A stretch of DNA of 64,000 nucleotides, from the NCBI GenBank assembly GCA_024275145.1, contig JAJRZR010000079.1, positions 384 through 64,383 on the forward strand, written 5' to 3'. This DNA comes from Deltaproteobacteria bacterium. Lineage in GTDB: Bacteria; Desulfobacterota; Dissulfuribacteria; Dissulfuribacterales; QOAL01. Position 1 is the first letter of the stretch, and every line of letters starts with the position of its first letter. The position numbers and the translations under genes are program-made. The notes under the pieces are model-generated. The model was given only the letters and a program-made list of their open reading frames with translations. It did not search any database and had not been told where the DNA came from. Below, piece by piece: positions 29,878-38,594 of the stretch.

Positions 29878-31601
29878 TGTTTGACACCACGGAAAATACG
29901 GCGATTGAGCTGACACCGGATAGCCCCAAGGAGGATGTGGTTTCATGGATCAAGGATACCATAGACGAGGTCCGTGTCGGTTCAGAGATCATGAAGGTGG
30001 CCATGGATCTGCCACCAGTGACCCGGGTCTCTCCCGAACTGCTGGCCAAGGCCCTGGAGGAGATCCTTTCCGAATATTCTATAAAGCTCACATCCGAGGT
30101 AAGGCAGAGCCTGTCAAAGGGCTATGTGGACGAACTGTCCTTCCTGGCACCGGGAATGGAGAAGCACCTCCGGCCAAGGACCATATTAATCAATACCTCC
30201 CCAGAGATAAGCACCCTTTTAATAAAAGGGGAACCACCCATTGACGGTCTGGATGGTTCAATCGAGGTCTTTTTTGACTTTGCCATGAAACCAGGCCGTA
30301 TCCTGCCGGATGGTTCCATAGACTTCAGGGAAATCAACAAATTTCCCCAGGCCAGGGCGGGTGATTGCCTGGTAAGGGTCTATGAACCAACCCCAGGGTC
30401 AGACGGAACCGATGTCCATGGATGGAAGATCGCCCCGGAACCAGGTGTTCCACATCCGATCGAGATAGGGGAAGGGCTTTCTGTAACCCAAGGCTATGAC
30501 GATGAAACCAAGAGGCACTACAGGGATTTCTTTTCTGAAAAGCCAGGGATAATCGTATATGACTTCAAGGGCAAGGAACCAAGGGCCTCTGATCTGATAA
30601 AATTGTCCGTCCAGAATCACATAGTGGTCAAGGACGTGGATTTCAGCACTGGAAACCTTTCCGGATCCGATAACGAACTCAGATGTGCTGCCGATGTGGT
30701 GGTTCAGGGAGATATAAAGGGGAATTTTGCCGTGGTGATCGACGGTCTCCTTGAGGTAAAAGGGGCCGTAGAGGGCGAGACCGTGGATGTCTCAGGTCCT
30801 ATAATGGCGGCCTGCGTAAGAAGTTCGATACGATCTGGCAAACATATAGAGATAGGAGCAGCCAGGAATGCCAGGGTTGCCGCCCAGACGAGTATCCTTG
30901 TGAAACGGGAGGTGGCAGATTGCCGGCTTACCGCACCTGAAGTACGTTTTATCCCCTCTGGTGCCAGGATCATGTGTGGTCAGGCAGAGATATATGCACG
31001 ATCGGTCGTGGCCGAGGGATTAATGGTGCGGAATGTCCTGAAGATATGCTTGGGTGAGGACCTCTTCAGCCAACTCAAGGAGGTGGAGACACAGGAGGAG
31101 GATCTCAAAAGGCAGGTAGATGTATATTCATCCAGCCTGAAGGATAGTGCTGCGGTAATGGGCCAAAAGCTGAAGCTCGCCGTAAAAACCAGCCCGCCAG
31201 AGCGAAAACAGGTGCTTCATGCGATCAAGCAATTGACCGCAATGATCTTGACCGGCGAGATGTCCGTTGAAAAGGCAAAGAAAAGGGTCGAGCTCATCCT
31301 GGCAAGACATTGTCCCGATATCAAAGGGCTCATGAAGCAGCTCTTGAGGATGCTTAAGCTGAAGGAATTGCGTGACGGCTGCCAAGAGGGGCTTCAGGAG
31401 ATAATCGTACAGAAGGAGGCCATTATTGCGGACATTTTGCAGATGAAGGTGGAGATAAAGGGGGCACTATCGCGCTCCGGGCAGGTGATCATAAGTTGCG
31501 GCCGACACGAAAAAAGGTATATACCCTCCAGGACGGGTGACGTCGAACAGCTGGAGCTGTCCATAGGCTACGATCTGGAAGATGGATTGATGGACAATTG
31601 A
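29877..31601 (+). CDS. DUF342 / FapA-like (flagellar assembly protein A family) protein
   Basis: ATG 29877 overlaps the radical-SAM TGA (TGATG). 'IDGLDGSIEVFFDF', 'PDGSIDFREINKFPQARAGDCL', a beta-helix-like repeat region, and a C-terminal coiled coil. Confidence 0.75.
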   Translation: MFDTTENTAIELTPDSPKEDVVSWIKDTIDEVRVGSEIMKVAMDLPPVTRVSPELLAKALEEILSEYSIKLTSEVRQSLSKGYVDELSFLAPGMEKHLRPRTILINTSPEISTLLIKGEPPIDGLDGSIEVFFDFAMKPGRILPDGSIDFREINKFPQARAGDCLVRVYEPTPGSDGTDVHGWKIAPEPGVPHPIEIGEGLSVTQGYDDETKRHYRDFFSEKPGIIVYDFKGKEPRASDLIKLSVQNHIVVKDVDFSTGNLSGSDNELRCAADVVVQGDIKGNFAVVIDGLLEVKGAVEGETVDVSGPIMAACVRSSIRSGKHIEIGAARNARVAAQTSILVKREVADCRLTAPEVRFIPSGARIMCGQAEIYARSVVAEGLMVRNVLKICLGEDLFSQLKEVETQEEDLKRQVDVYSSSLKDSAAVMGQKLKLAVKTSPPERKQVLHAIKQLTAMILTGEMSVEKAKKRVELILARHCPDIKGLMKQLLRMLKLKELRDGCQEGLQEIIVQKEAIIADILQMKVEIKGALSRSGQVIISCGRHEKRYIPSRTGDVEQLELSIGYDLEDGLMDN

Positions 31602-31618
31602 TACCAACCAGGCCCTTT

Positions 31619-32236
31619 TCAACCCCTTGGTCTCTTCTTGCGCTTCATCTCCTTGTGTTTTCTTCTCATCCGAAGCTGAATAACTTGGTGCTGAAAGATG
31701 TGTTCAATCAGACGTTCCTGGTCATCTTCGGTTATCCATATGAACCGCGCGGCCACTGTATGCATGTTTTCTTTGGAGGATTTGTCCATCCTGAGTATTT
31801 CCGCATAACATTGGAAGAAATAGTGTTCTGGCAACAAACCAATGTGCAGTTCCAGCTTGTGCCCCTTGGGCATCCTTTTACGGATATCAAAGGCAATGCC
31901 CGATGCGCTCAAATTTACTGGAACGAGTTTGAAGGCCTTCCGGTAACCGTGTTTCTCTTCATCCAGGAGGTTGAGCAAAAGGCTGAGTTTTTGATCCAGT
32001 ATCTCCAGTGCCCCAGCCAGATTCTCATCCTTCTCCTTTATCTTTTTAAGATATCTTGAGATCCTTTTCGTAAAATATGGATGTGAGCATTCCGTCCAGG
32101 GACAGATTATCCCTTCTTCAATATCATGGATCAGTTGTTCGTAAACCTTTTCATCTATCTCCTTGTACTGGAGAAGGATGCGATCCCTGATCCTGATATC
32201 ATTGCGCTGGTCATTTTCGGTGCTTGGGGATTTCAT
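31619..32236 (-). CDS. PilZ domain protein (c-di-GMP receptor type) with long helical insertion
   Basis: 'RNDIRIRDR' (RxxxR) and 'VNLSASGIAF' (D/NxSxxG). Starts 19 nt after the motB stop. Confidence 0.75.
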   Translation of the reverse strand: MKSPSTENDQRNDIRIRDRILLQYKEIDEKVYEQLIHDIEEGIICPWTECSHPYFTKRISRYLKKIKEKDENLAGALEILDQKLSLLLNLLDEEKHGYRKAFKLVPVNLSASGIAFDIRKRMPKGHKLELHIGLLPEHYFFQCYAEILRMDKSSKENMHTVAARFIWITEDDQERLIEHIFQHQVIQLRMRRKHKEMKRKKRPRG

Positions 32237-32255
32237 GATCTTATATTTCCTGGGA

Positions 32256-33011
32256 TCAACGGGGCATCAACTCCTGCTCGAGCAGGCCCTGTTCGTCAAC
32301 GGGTTTCACATCAAAATCGTCCGGATTGGAAGGCTGCATGAATATCAGTTCCACCCTCCTGTTTTTTGCCCGGTTCCTCGGAGAATTATTGGGGACAATG
32401 GGCCTGCTGTCCCCGTATCCAACCGCTGCCAGGCGGGTAGGGACAATGGAATGCTTACTTAGTAGGTATACCACCACCGATGCGGCCCTTGCAGCGGAAA
32501 GGTGCCAGTTCGAAGAGAACCTGCCACGTACCGGGATATTATCCGTATGGCCGGCCACGAGAACTTCTCCAGGGACCTCCTCTATTATCTTTCTCATCTT
32601 GTCCAGTATTACCTTGGCAGGTTCCGTCAACCTGTCGCTTCCAGGCGCAAAGGTTATCTCATCGTTCATCCTGAGGATCACCCGGTCGCTCAGTGCCTCG
32701 CCCTCGACTTCGCCCTTTATCAGCTCCAGCTTTATGGCAGACTTGATCTTTTCCAGGACGATATCCACACTGAATACCGGGTTAAAGTCCCTTGACACTA
32801 TATCCACACCCTTGGGAATCTCAAAGGTAATCTCCTGTTTCTGCACGCCGAACGCCTTTTCCAGTGAACCGGAGACCTCTTTGAATTGAGCAGGGTCCAT
32901 TGTGGAAAAGGAAAGAAGCAAAACGAAAAAGCAGAGCAGAAGGGACATGAGATCCCCAAAGGTAACCATCCATTTCGGAGCGCCCTTGACGCATTCACTT
33001 TTTTTACCCAT
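32256..33011 (-). CDS. motB: Flagellar stator protein MotB (OmpA-like)
   Basis: 'APKWMVTFGDLMSLLLCFFVLLLSFS' plug/TM region with the invariant Asp. OmpA-like 'VAGHTDNIPV...LSAARAASV'. Confidence 0.88.
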   Translation of the reverse strand: MGKKSECVKGAPKWMVTFGDLMSLLLCFFVLLLSFSTMDPAQFKEVSGSLEKAFGVQKQEITFEIPKGVDIVSRDFNPVFSVDIVLEKIKSAIKLELIKGEVEGEALSDRVILRMNDEITFAPGSDRLTEPAKVILDKMRKIIEEVPGEVLVAGHTDNIPVRGRFSSNWHLSAARAASVVVYLLSKHSIVPTRLAAVGYGDSRPIVPNNSPRNRAKNRRVELIFMQPSNPDDFDVKPVDEQGLLEQELMPR

Positions 33012-33014
33012 TGG

Positions 33015-33065
33015 CTATTCCTGATCACCCCGCTTCTTTGGCGGCAGGAAGGTCTTGAGCAATTC
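33015..33065 (-). other. In-frame continuation of motA after the TAG stop (16 codons plus a second TAG)
   Basis: Codons 33065..33018 read ELLKTFLPPKKRGDQE. The second TAG is at 33017..33015, 3 nt before the motB ATG (33011). Confidence 0.5.
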
Positions 33066-33770
33066 CTACAATACCCTGGGGTTCAGGCCCTTTTGCAAAC
33101 CCAATACCCCTTCGAGTACCAGTCTCTTGTTCAATTCCTCCTCCTGACTTCTGCGTTTAAGCTTGTCTGCAATGGGAAGGGCAATGAGATTCGCAATGAT
33201 CGCTCCATACAATGTAGTAAGCATGGCAACCGCCATCGACGGGCCAATACTTGCCGGATCTGACATGTTACCCAGCATGTTCACAAGGCCTACCAGGGTA
33301 CCGATCATTCCAAAGGCAGGGGCAGAATCGCCAATGGCATCGAATATCCCCTTGCCCAGGCCGTGCCTTTCAACGGTAAGCTCTATCTCTTTATCTAGTA
33401 CGTCCTGTATGAATTCAGCCTCATGTCCATCCACACAGTACATTATGGCCTTTTTGAGGAAGGAATCGCTTACCGGTTGTTTTTCCAGCTTGAGCAGCCC
33501 CTCTTTCCTGGCGATGTTCGAAAGGGTAACCAGCTCCTCGATGATTTCCTCGGGTGGCTGTGACTTGGCAAAGAAGGCATTCATCGCCACGCTTATGCTG
33601 TTGATGACGTCTGGCAGTGTAAAGCGGATGAAGGTTGCAGCGGTTGCACCACCGAATACTATGAAAACAGACGGTACATCTACAAAGGCGCTCAAACTGC
33701 CACCAAGCAATATGGCAATGACAATGAGGATTACGCCGCCTATGAGACCGATTATTGTACCTATGTCCAT
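33066..33770 (-). CDS. motA: Flagellar stator protein MotA/PomA
   Basis: 'MDIGTIIGLIGGVILIVIAILLGG', 'APAFGMIGTLVGLVNML', 'AVAMLTTLYGAIIANLIALPIADKL'. Ends at TAG straight after 'GLNPRVL'. Confidence 0.88.
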   Translation of the reverse strand: MDIGTIIGLIGGVILIVIAILLGGSLSAFVDVPSVFIVFGGATAATFIRFTLPDVINSISVAMNAFFAKSQPPEEIIEELVTLSNIARKEGLLKLEKQPVSDSFLKKAIMYCVDGHEAEFIQDVLDKEIELTVERHGLGKGIFDAIGDSAPAFGMIGTLVGLVNMLGNMSDPASIGPSMAVAMLTTLYGAIIANLIALPIADKLKRRSQEEELNKRLVLEGVLGLQKGLNPRVL

Positions 33771-33853
33771 GTTGATTGGTCCCCTTGCCGTCCACTTGAT
33801 TTATACCTGGGGTCCCTGATACAAGACAAAAAGGGACCTTGCATTCAACCCTA

Positions 33854-33881
33854 TTATCGGCAGATGTGGTTCAAATGCTTA
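33854..33881 (-). promoter_or_regulatory. Sigma-28 (FliA)-type promoter candidate upstream of motA
   Basis: Minus strand reads TTAAGCAT..(16 nt from the G of TTAAG)..GCCGATAA. The -10 element is an exact match to the GCCGATAA consensus (33861..33854). About 85 nt upstream of the motA ATG. Confidence 0.5.
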
Positions 33882-33912
33882 AGGGGCCCCTTGCGAATCG
33901 CTATCGGGTCAC

Positions 33913-36900
33913 TCAAAGGTTTCCGACCTGTTTTTTGGCTTCGTTCAAGGCTGCCTCGAGCCTTTTAGGGGATATGGGATAGAGGGTTCCTATCTCAGGG
34001 GCGAAGGTCCATAGTTTGAGTTCATTGATTGTGATGGCTATGTCCTCGAGCTGATAGGCTATGGAGTCGAGTGCCTTGTATGCCCCAGAAGGGGGGGGAA
34101 GGGCCTCTGCGTATCTTCTCACATCTTCAAGCAGCCTCAACAGGTACCTTGCCCGTTTAGCCTTGAGACGATCTTTTTCAGGATTTGCCACTGCCCTTTG
34201 TGCACGCACCTTGATCCCCTTGAGGTATCTGGGGATATTCTCGATATAAAGCAGGCTCTGACCTGCTGGAAAATCAGGTGGCATAAGCATTGAGACCTCG
34301 GACATAAGCTCCCCCTTGAGCCTCTTTATAACCTTCAAGGGAGGCGAGCCATCCAATAGGGCGTACAGCTCTTTTACGGTACGGATTGCCGAATCCACAG
34401 ATATTTCTATGGCCTCTACCATTGAATGCGCCTTCGTAACTAAGCAGGGTCTGAGTTCACGAATGCGCTCCACGAGTTCGGCCTCGTCCGGAACGTGATC
34501 CCATGATCCCAAAAGCCCCTTGTATACGAACCGATACGTGTTGGCCTCAAGTCCCTTGACGCCGCCTTTTATATGGGGCAGCAGGAACTCAACCTCTCTT
34601 GGGAAACGTCGGGCTATGAGCCTGGTGCGTATGTACCTGAGTTCTTGCTCTAGGGCATGGGCGGTCAAGGCCCTTGCACCGGCTTGGGAGGCCCTTAACG
34701 CCTCGTTTTTGCTATGGAACAGACGTATGTGTACCTGTCCATTTTTCAAGACAAGACCTGTGAAGGCCTTTACTGTCGTGTCATTATCGACGACCCCACG
34801 GGCCTTCTTCGATCCCTTGTTTCTACGGAAGTGAACTACCCTCAGATTTTGTTGATGTCTGTCCAAACGGATGGGTGAATCCGCATCTTCGGATATGCCA
34901 ACCCTTGGGGGAAAGTGGATTTCCCTGGGCAGATTTTTCAGATCCTTGGGGCGAACATGGTCTTTTTCCCATTTCTTTCTAAGAGCTTTCCATTCCGGTG
35001 TATCTGCCACCCCGGCAGAAACCATGGCAGAGAACCTTTTCTTGAGTAACCTCAGGTCCCTGCCGGATGCAAGGAGCCGTCCAGCCCCGTCCTTGATCTC
35101 GAATCTCATCTTGAGGTGTGCAGGAAGGTCGCTGTCGTCAGGCATCTGGTTGATAGCTATATCCAGCCCTGTCCTCGTGGACAAAACCTCCCTCAAGGTG
35201 CTGTTCAATCCACAACGCCGCCCTGCTTCCAAGGATCTTGCCAATTCCCTGGCCGTATCAGGGACAGGGATCAACCGCCTTCTTATGGCCTTTGGAAGCG
35301 CCTTCAATATAAATTCCAGTTTTTCTTCGAGCATTCCAGGCACAAGCCACTCAAAAGGCCACGAAGGAAGCGTAGGGAGTATTTCCACCGGAATGGTCAC
35401 CGTAACGCCATCGGCGGGATCACCGGGCTGGAACCTATAACTCAGGGAAAGATCGTAGCCCCCAACCTTCAGGTGGCCTGGGAAAAGGGACAACTCATGC
35501 CTTGAGCAGGCGGACTTCATCAGATCCTTCTTGCGTAGACGAAGCAAATGGTCAGCCCCTACTGACCTTATGGCACGGGCCAGCGATCTTTCGTCTGCAA
35601 TGATCTTTCCCCAGGCCTGCTCCAAGTCCCGGACGGCCTTGTCGTAAAATGCCTCGAGAACCGAGTCGTCCACCAGGATACCCCTCTTCCTGATCCTGTC
35701 CTCGATCCCTTGGATCTCCCTGATGAGCCCCTTGTTTATCTGTATGAACTTGAATCTCCCCTTGAGCTGTCCGGCTACGAGGCCTTGCGAGACCAGAAGC
35801 CGCCTTGCCTCGTCTATGTCTACCCTCTTCAGGCTGACTTTTCTGTCCTCTACTATCGGAAGGCCGAAGAGGGTACAACGCTGCCTGACCATGGCCTCAC
35901 CCCTAGACCTTTCCCAATGGGGATCATAATAGTGATACCTGCAAAGCTTGCCTCCCAGTTTTTCTGCCCACGTGGGCTCAACAGGTGCCACTATCCTGGC
36001 AAAGGTCCGTGAGGTCCTTACGATCTCGGCGGCGACGATCCACCTGGGGCCCCGATTGTAAAGGACCGAACCCGGGAATATGTGAAGATCCTTGCCCTTG
36101 GTGCCCACATAACGCCCCCTTTCCTTTTTCATGCAGAGATTACTCAGAAAACCGGAAAGGACCGCGCGATGTATGCTGTCGGAAAGGTCCTGGTCCAATT
36201 TGCGTACAGGGGTCAAAGAGGTGGGCCTGTCCGCCGATGGGATCAGCCCGGTCTCAACCAGTGTATTTATGATCTGCCCATGGATGTCTTCCCATTCCCT
36301 CATCCTGTTAAATGACAGATAATTTTCCCTGCAAAATTTCCTCAACCGGTTTTTTGAACTGCTCCTTTGCCTTTCGAAACGAAAGGCCTCCCATATCCTT
36401 AGAAAGGTGAGAAAATCAGAGGAACCTTCGCAAAATCTATTATGTATGGTATCCGCAGAGGTTTCCTTGCCGGCCGGACGCTGCCTGGGATCCTGGATAC
36501 TAAGTGCCGCTCCGATTATGGCGGCCTCGTTGAAACAGCCCTCCTCAAGCGCCTGGAGGATTATCCTGGAGATTCTTGGGTCAAGCGGAAGCCTGGCCAT
36601 GATTCTGCCCCTGTCTGTCAGCCTGGAGGAGGAATCTATTGCCCCCAGCTCCAGCAATGTGGCCACGCCCTCCTTTATCAGCCGCGGTGAAGGGGAATCG
36701 ATGAATGGGAAGTCCTCTACCGGCCCCATGTCCATGGCCAGGAGCCTCAATACCACCTCGGCAAGATTCGATCTCAATATTTCCGGCTGGGTGAAATCAG
36801 GCCGTACCTCGTAGTCATCCTTGGAATACAGGCGAATACAGGTTCCGGGTTCAAGGCGTCCTGCACGTCCTGCACGCTGCATGGCGCTCGCCTTGGAAAC

Positions 36901-37959
36901 AGGGGAAACCGGCAGGGATCTGGTCCGTGACCTTACGTTGTACCTGGAAATCCTGGCCAGGCCACTATCTATTACATATCTTATTCCCGGTACGGTGATG
37001 GATGTCTCGGCGATATTGGTAGCCACTACTATCTTTTGATTGGCAGAAGGCCTAAATATCCTTCTTTGTGCCTGGCCTGTGAGTCTGCCATACATGGGAA
37101 GCACCGTGACCCCGCTGGGATACCGGGCCGTAAGAAGGCCTACCGCCTCCTGTATATCCCTTTCCGTTGGAAGAAAGATCAGTATGTCACCATCCCTGTC
37201 CCTCTTTCGAACCCACCTGACTGCATTGGTAACCATGGCAGGAAGTTCCATTTCCTCGTCATCTCCATCCATTTTTTCAGGAGGCAGATATACGATTTCC
37301 ACTGGATATGAACGGCCCTCCACATGGACTATCGGCACGGGACCGAATGCCTTGATGAAACTGGAGGTATCCATGGTGGCCGAGGTAATGATGATCCGAA
37401 GGTCTTGCCTGTATGCCACGAGGCGACGGAGGATGCCCAGGATGAAATCTATATTGAGACTGCGTTCGTGGGCCTCGTCAACTATGATGGTATCGTAGTT
37501 TCTCAGGTAGCGATCCTGATGCAACTCGGCAAGGAGCATACCGTCAGTCATAAACTTTATCCTGGTATGCCTGGTGGTGGCATCCTTGAAGCGCACACGG
37601 TATCCAACAAGGGCCGAAAGGGAAGGGCCGAGTTCCTCTGCAACCCTGGAGGCAGCGGTGATGGCGGCAACCCGCCTGGGCTGGGTACATGCTATGGACC
37701 TTTTACGTCCTCTGCCCGCCGCCATGCATATCTTTGGAAGCTGGGTGGTCTTGCCCGATCCGGTTTCACCGGTGACGATTACTACCTGATTCTGCCTGAT
37801 ACTGGTTATCAAATCATCCCAGAAATCCCCGATGGGGAGGCCTGGGAAACACCTTATGGCAGACAGGTCCTGGCGGTTAATCTTTTCTTCATATCTCGGG
37901 CCACGTACAGGCGGCCTCGTAGGTTTACGTTTACAGGAGGACGATATGCGCGGCTTCAA
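33913..37959 (-). CDS. hrpA: ATP-dependent RNA helicase HrpA (DEAH box)
   Basis: 'VTGETGSGKTTQLPK', 'IVDEAHERSLNIDF', HA2/OB region, and a long DUF3418-like C-terminus. TTG start overlaps the upstream TGA. Confidence 0.93.
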   Translation of the reverse strand: MKPRISSSCKRKPTRPPVRGPRYEEKINRQDLSAIRCFPGLPIGDFWDDLITSIRQNQVVIVTGETGSGKTTQLPKICMAAGRGRKRSIACTQPRRVAAITAASRVAEELGPSLSALVGYRVRFKDATTRHTRIKFMTDGMLLAELHQDRYLRNYDTIIVDEAHERSLNIDFILGILRRLVAYRQDLRIIITSATMDTSSFIKAFGPVPIVHVEGRSYPVEIVYLPPEKMDGDDEEMELPAMVTNAVRWVRKRDRDGDILIFLPTERDIQEAVGLLTARYPSGVTVLPMYGRLTGQAQRRIFRPSANQKIVVATNIAETSITVPGIRYVIDSGLARISRYNVRSRTRSLPVSPVSKASAMQRAGRAGRLEPGTCIRLYSKDDYEVRPDFTQPEILRSNLAEVVLRLLAMDMGPVEDFPFIDSPSPRLIKEGVATLLELGAIDSSSRLTDRGRIMARLPLDPRISRIILQALEEGCFNEAAIIGAALSIQDPRQRPAGKETSADTIHNRFCEGSSDFLTFLRIWEAFRFERQRSSSKNRLRKFCRENYLSFNRMREWEDIHGQIINTLVETGLIPSADRPTSLTPVRKLDQDLSDSIHRAVLSGFLSNLCMKKERGRYVGTKGKDLHIFPGSVLYNRGPRWIVAAEIVRTSRTFARIVAPVEPTWAEKLGGKLCRYHYYDPHWERSRGEAMVRQRCTLFGLPIVEDRKVSLKRVDIDEARRLLVSQGLVAGQLKGRFKFIQINKGLIREIQGIEDRIRKRGILVDDSVLEAFYDKAVRDLEQAWGKIIADERSLARAIRSVGADHLLRLRKKDLMKSACSRHELSLFPGHLKVGGYDLSLSYRFQPGDPADGVTVTIPVEILPTLPSWPFEWLVPGMLEEKLEFILKALPKAIRRRLIPVPDTARELARSLEAGRRCGLNSTLREVLSTRTGLDIAINQMPDDSDLPAHLKMRFEIKDGAGRLLASGRDLRLLKKRFSAMVSAGVADTPEWKALRKKWEKDHVRPKDLKNLPREIHFPPRVGISEDADSPIRLDRHQQNLRVVHFRRNKGSKKARGVVDNDTTVKAFTGLVLKNGQVHIRLFHSKNEALRASQAGARALTAHALEQELRYIRTRLIARRFPREVEFLLPHIKGGVKGLEANTYRFVYKGLLGSWDHVPDEAELVERIRELRPCLVTKAHSMVEAIEISVDSAIRTVKELYALLDGSPPLKVIKRLKGELMSEVSMLMPPDFPAGQSLLYIENIPRYLKGIKVRAQRAVANPEKDRLKAKRARYLLRLLEDVRRYAEALPPPSGAYKALDSIAYQLEDIAITINELKLWTFAPEIGTLYPISPKRLEAALNEAKKQVGNL

Positions 37960-38594
37960 AATGATAGGTAGGGGTTGGTTTTCTTCTGCTCACCAAGTGT
38001 TGCAGTAGGTTTGGGGCCATAATCATGGCCTGGCAATACAATAGTTGGATCTGGAAGGGGATAGATCCTGGTTTTAAGTGACTTTATGAGGGTATCATAA
38101 GAACCACCAGGCAGGTCCGTACGGCCTATGGCGTCTATGAACAATGTGTCCCCGGTAACGATGTAATTTTGCCCATAGAGACAAACCGATCCTGGAGAAT
38201 GTCCAGGGGTATGGATTACCTCGAAGCCAAGGTTGCCAACCCTTATCACATCACCGTCTTCGATGTATTCATCAGCAGGAGGGGCGGGTTCAAATCCCCA
38301 TGCAAGGAACATCCCGGCGACCTCAGGGTCCCTGAAGAGCTTGTCGTCTGCCTCGTGCATCAAAACAGGTGCCCCTGTTATCTCCTGCATCTTCTTGTTT
38401 CCACACGTATGATCCGGATGTCCATGGGTATTTACGATGTATTTCAGCCTAAGACCCAGCGAGTCTATCCGATCGGCTATCAATTGTTCGCTTCCGGCTG
38501 GATCTATGACCATGGCCTCCTTCTTTTCAGGACACCCGATTACATAGGCCCTTACTGCCAGGGATCCAACCGTAAAATCTTCAAGTATTATCAA
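37956..38594 (-). CDS. MBL-fold hydrolase (glyoxalase II / YcbL-like)
   Basis: 'VNTHGHPDHTCGN' (HxHxDH), 'HTPGHSPGS'. TTG start. Confidence 0.85.
   Translation of the reverse strand: MIILEDFTVGSLAVRAYVIGCPEKKEAMVIDPAGSEQLIADRIDSLGLRLKYIVNTHGHPDHTCGNKKMQEITGAPVLMHEADDKLFRDPEVAGMFLAWGFEPAPPADEYIEDGDVIRVGNLGFEVIHTPGHSPGSVCLYGQNYIVTGDTLFIDAIGRTDLPGGSYDTLIKSLKTRIYPLPDPTIVLPGHDYGPKPTATLGEQKKTNPYLSF

Noticed and set aside
33015-33068. TAG in motA as pyrrolysine or a genome-wide stop-codon reassignment
   Set aside because: TAG terminates other well-supported genes in this window at their expected ends (pgsA-like at 6229-6231, UDG at 9390-9392). No pyl genes are visible here. Local readthrough or a mutation remains possible (see findings).
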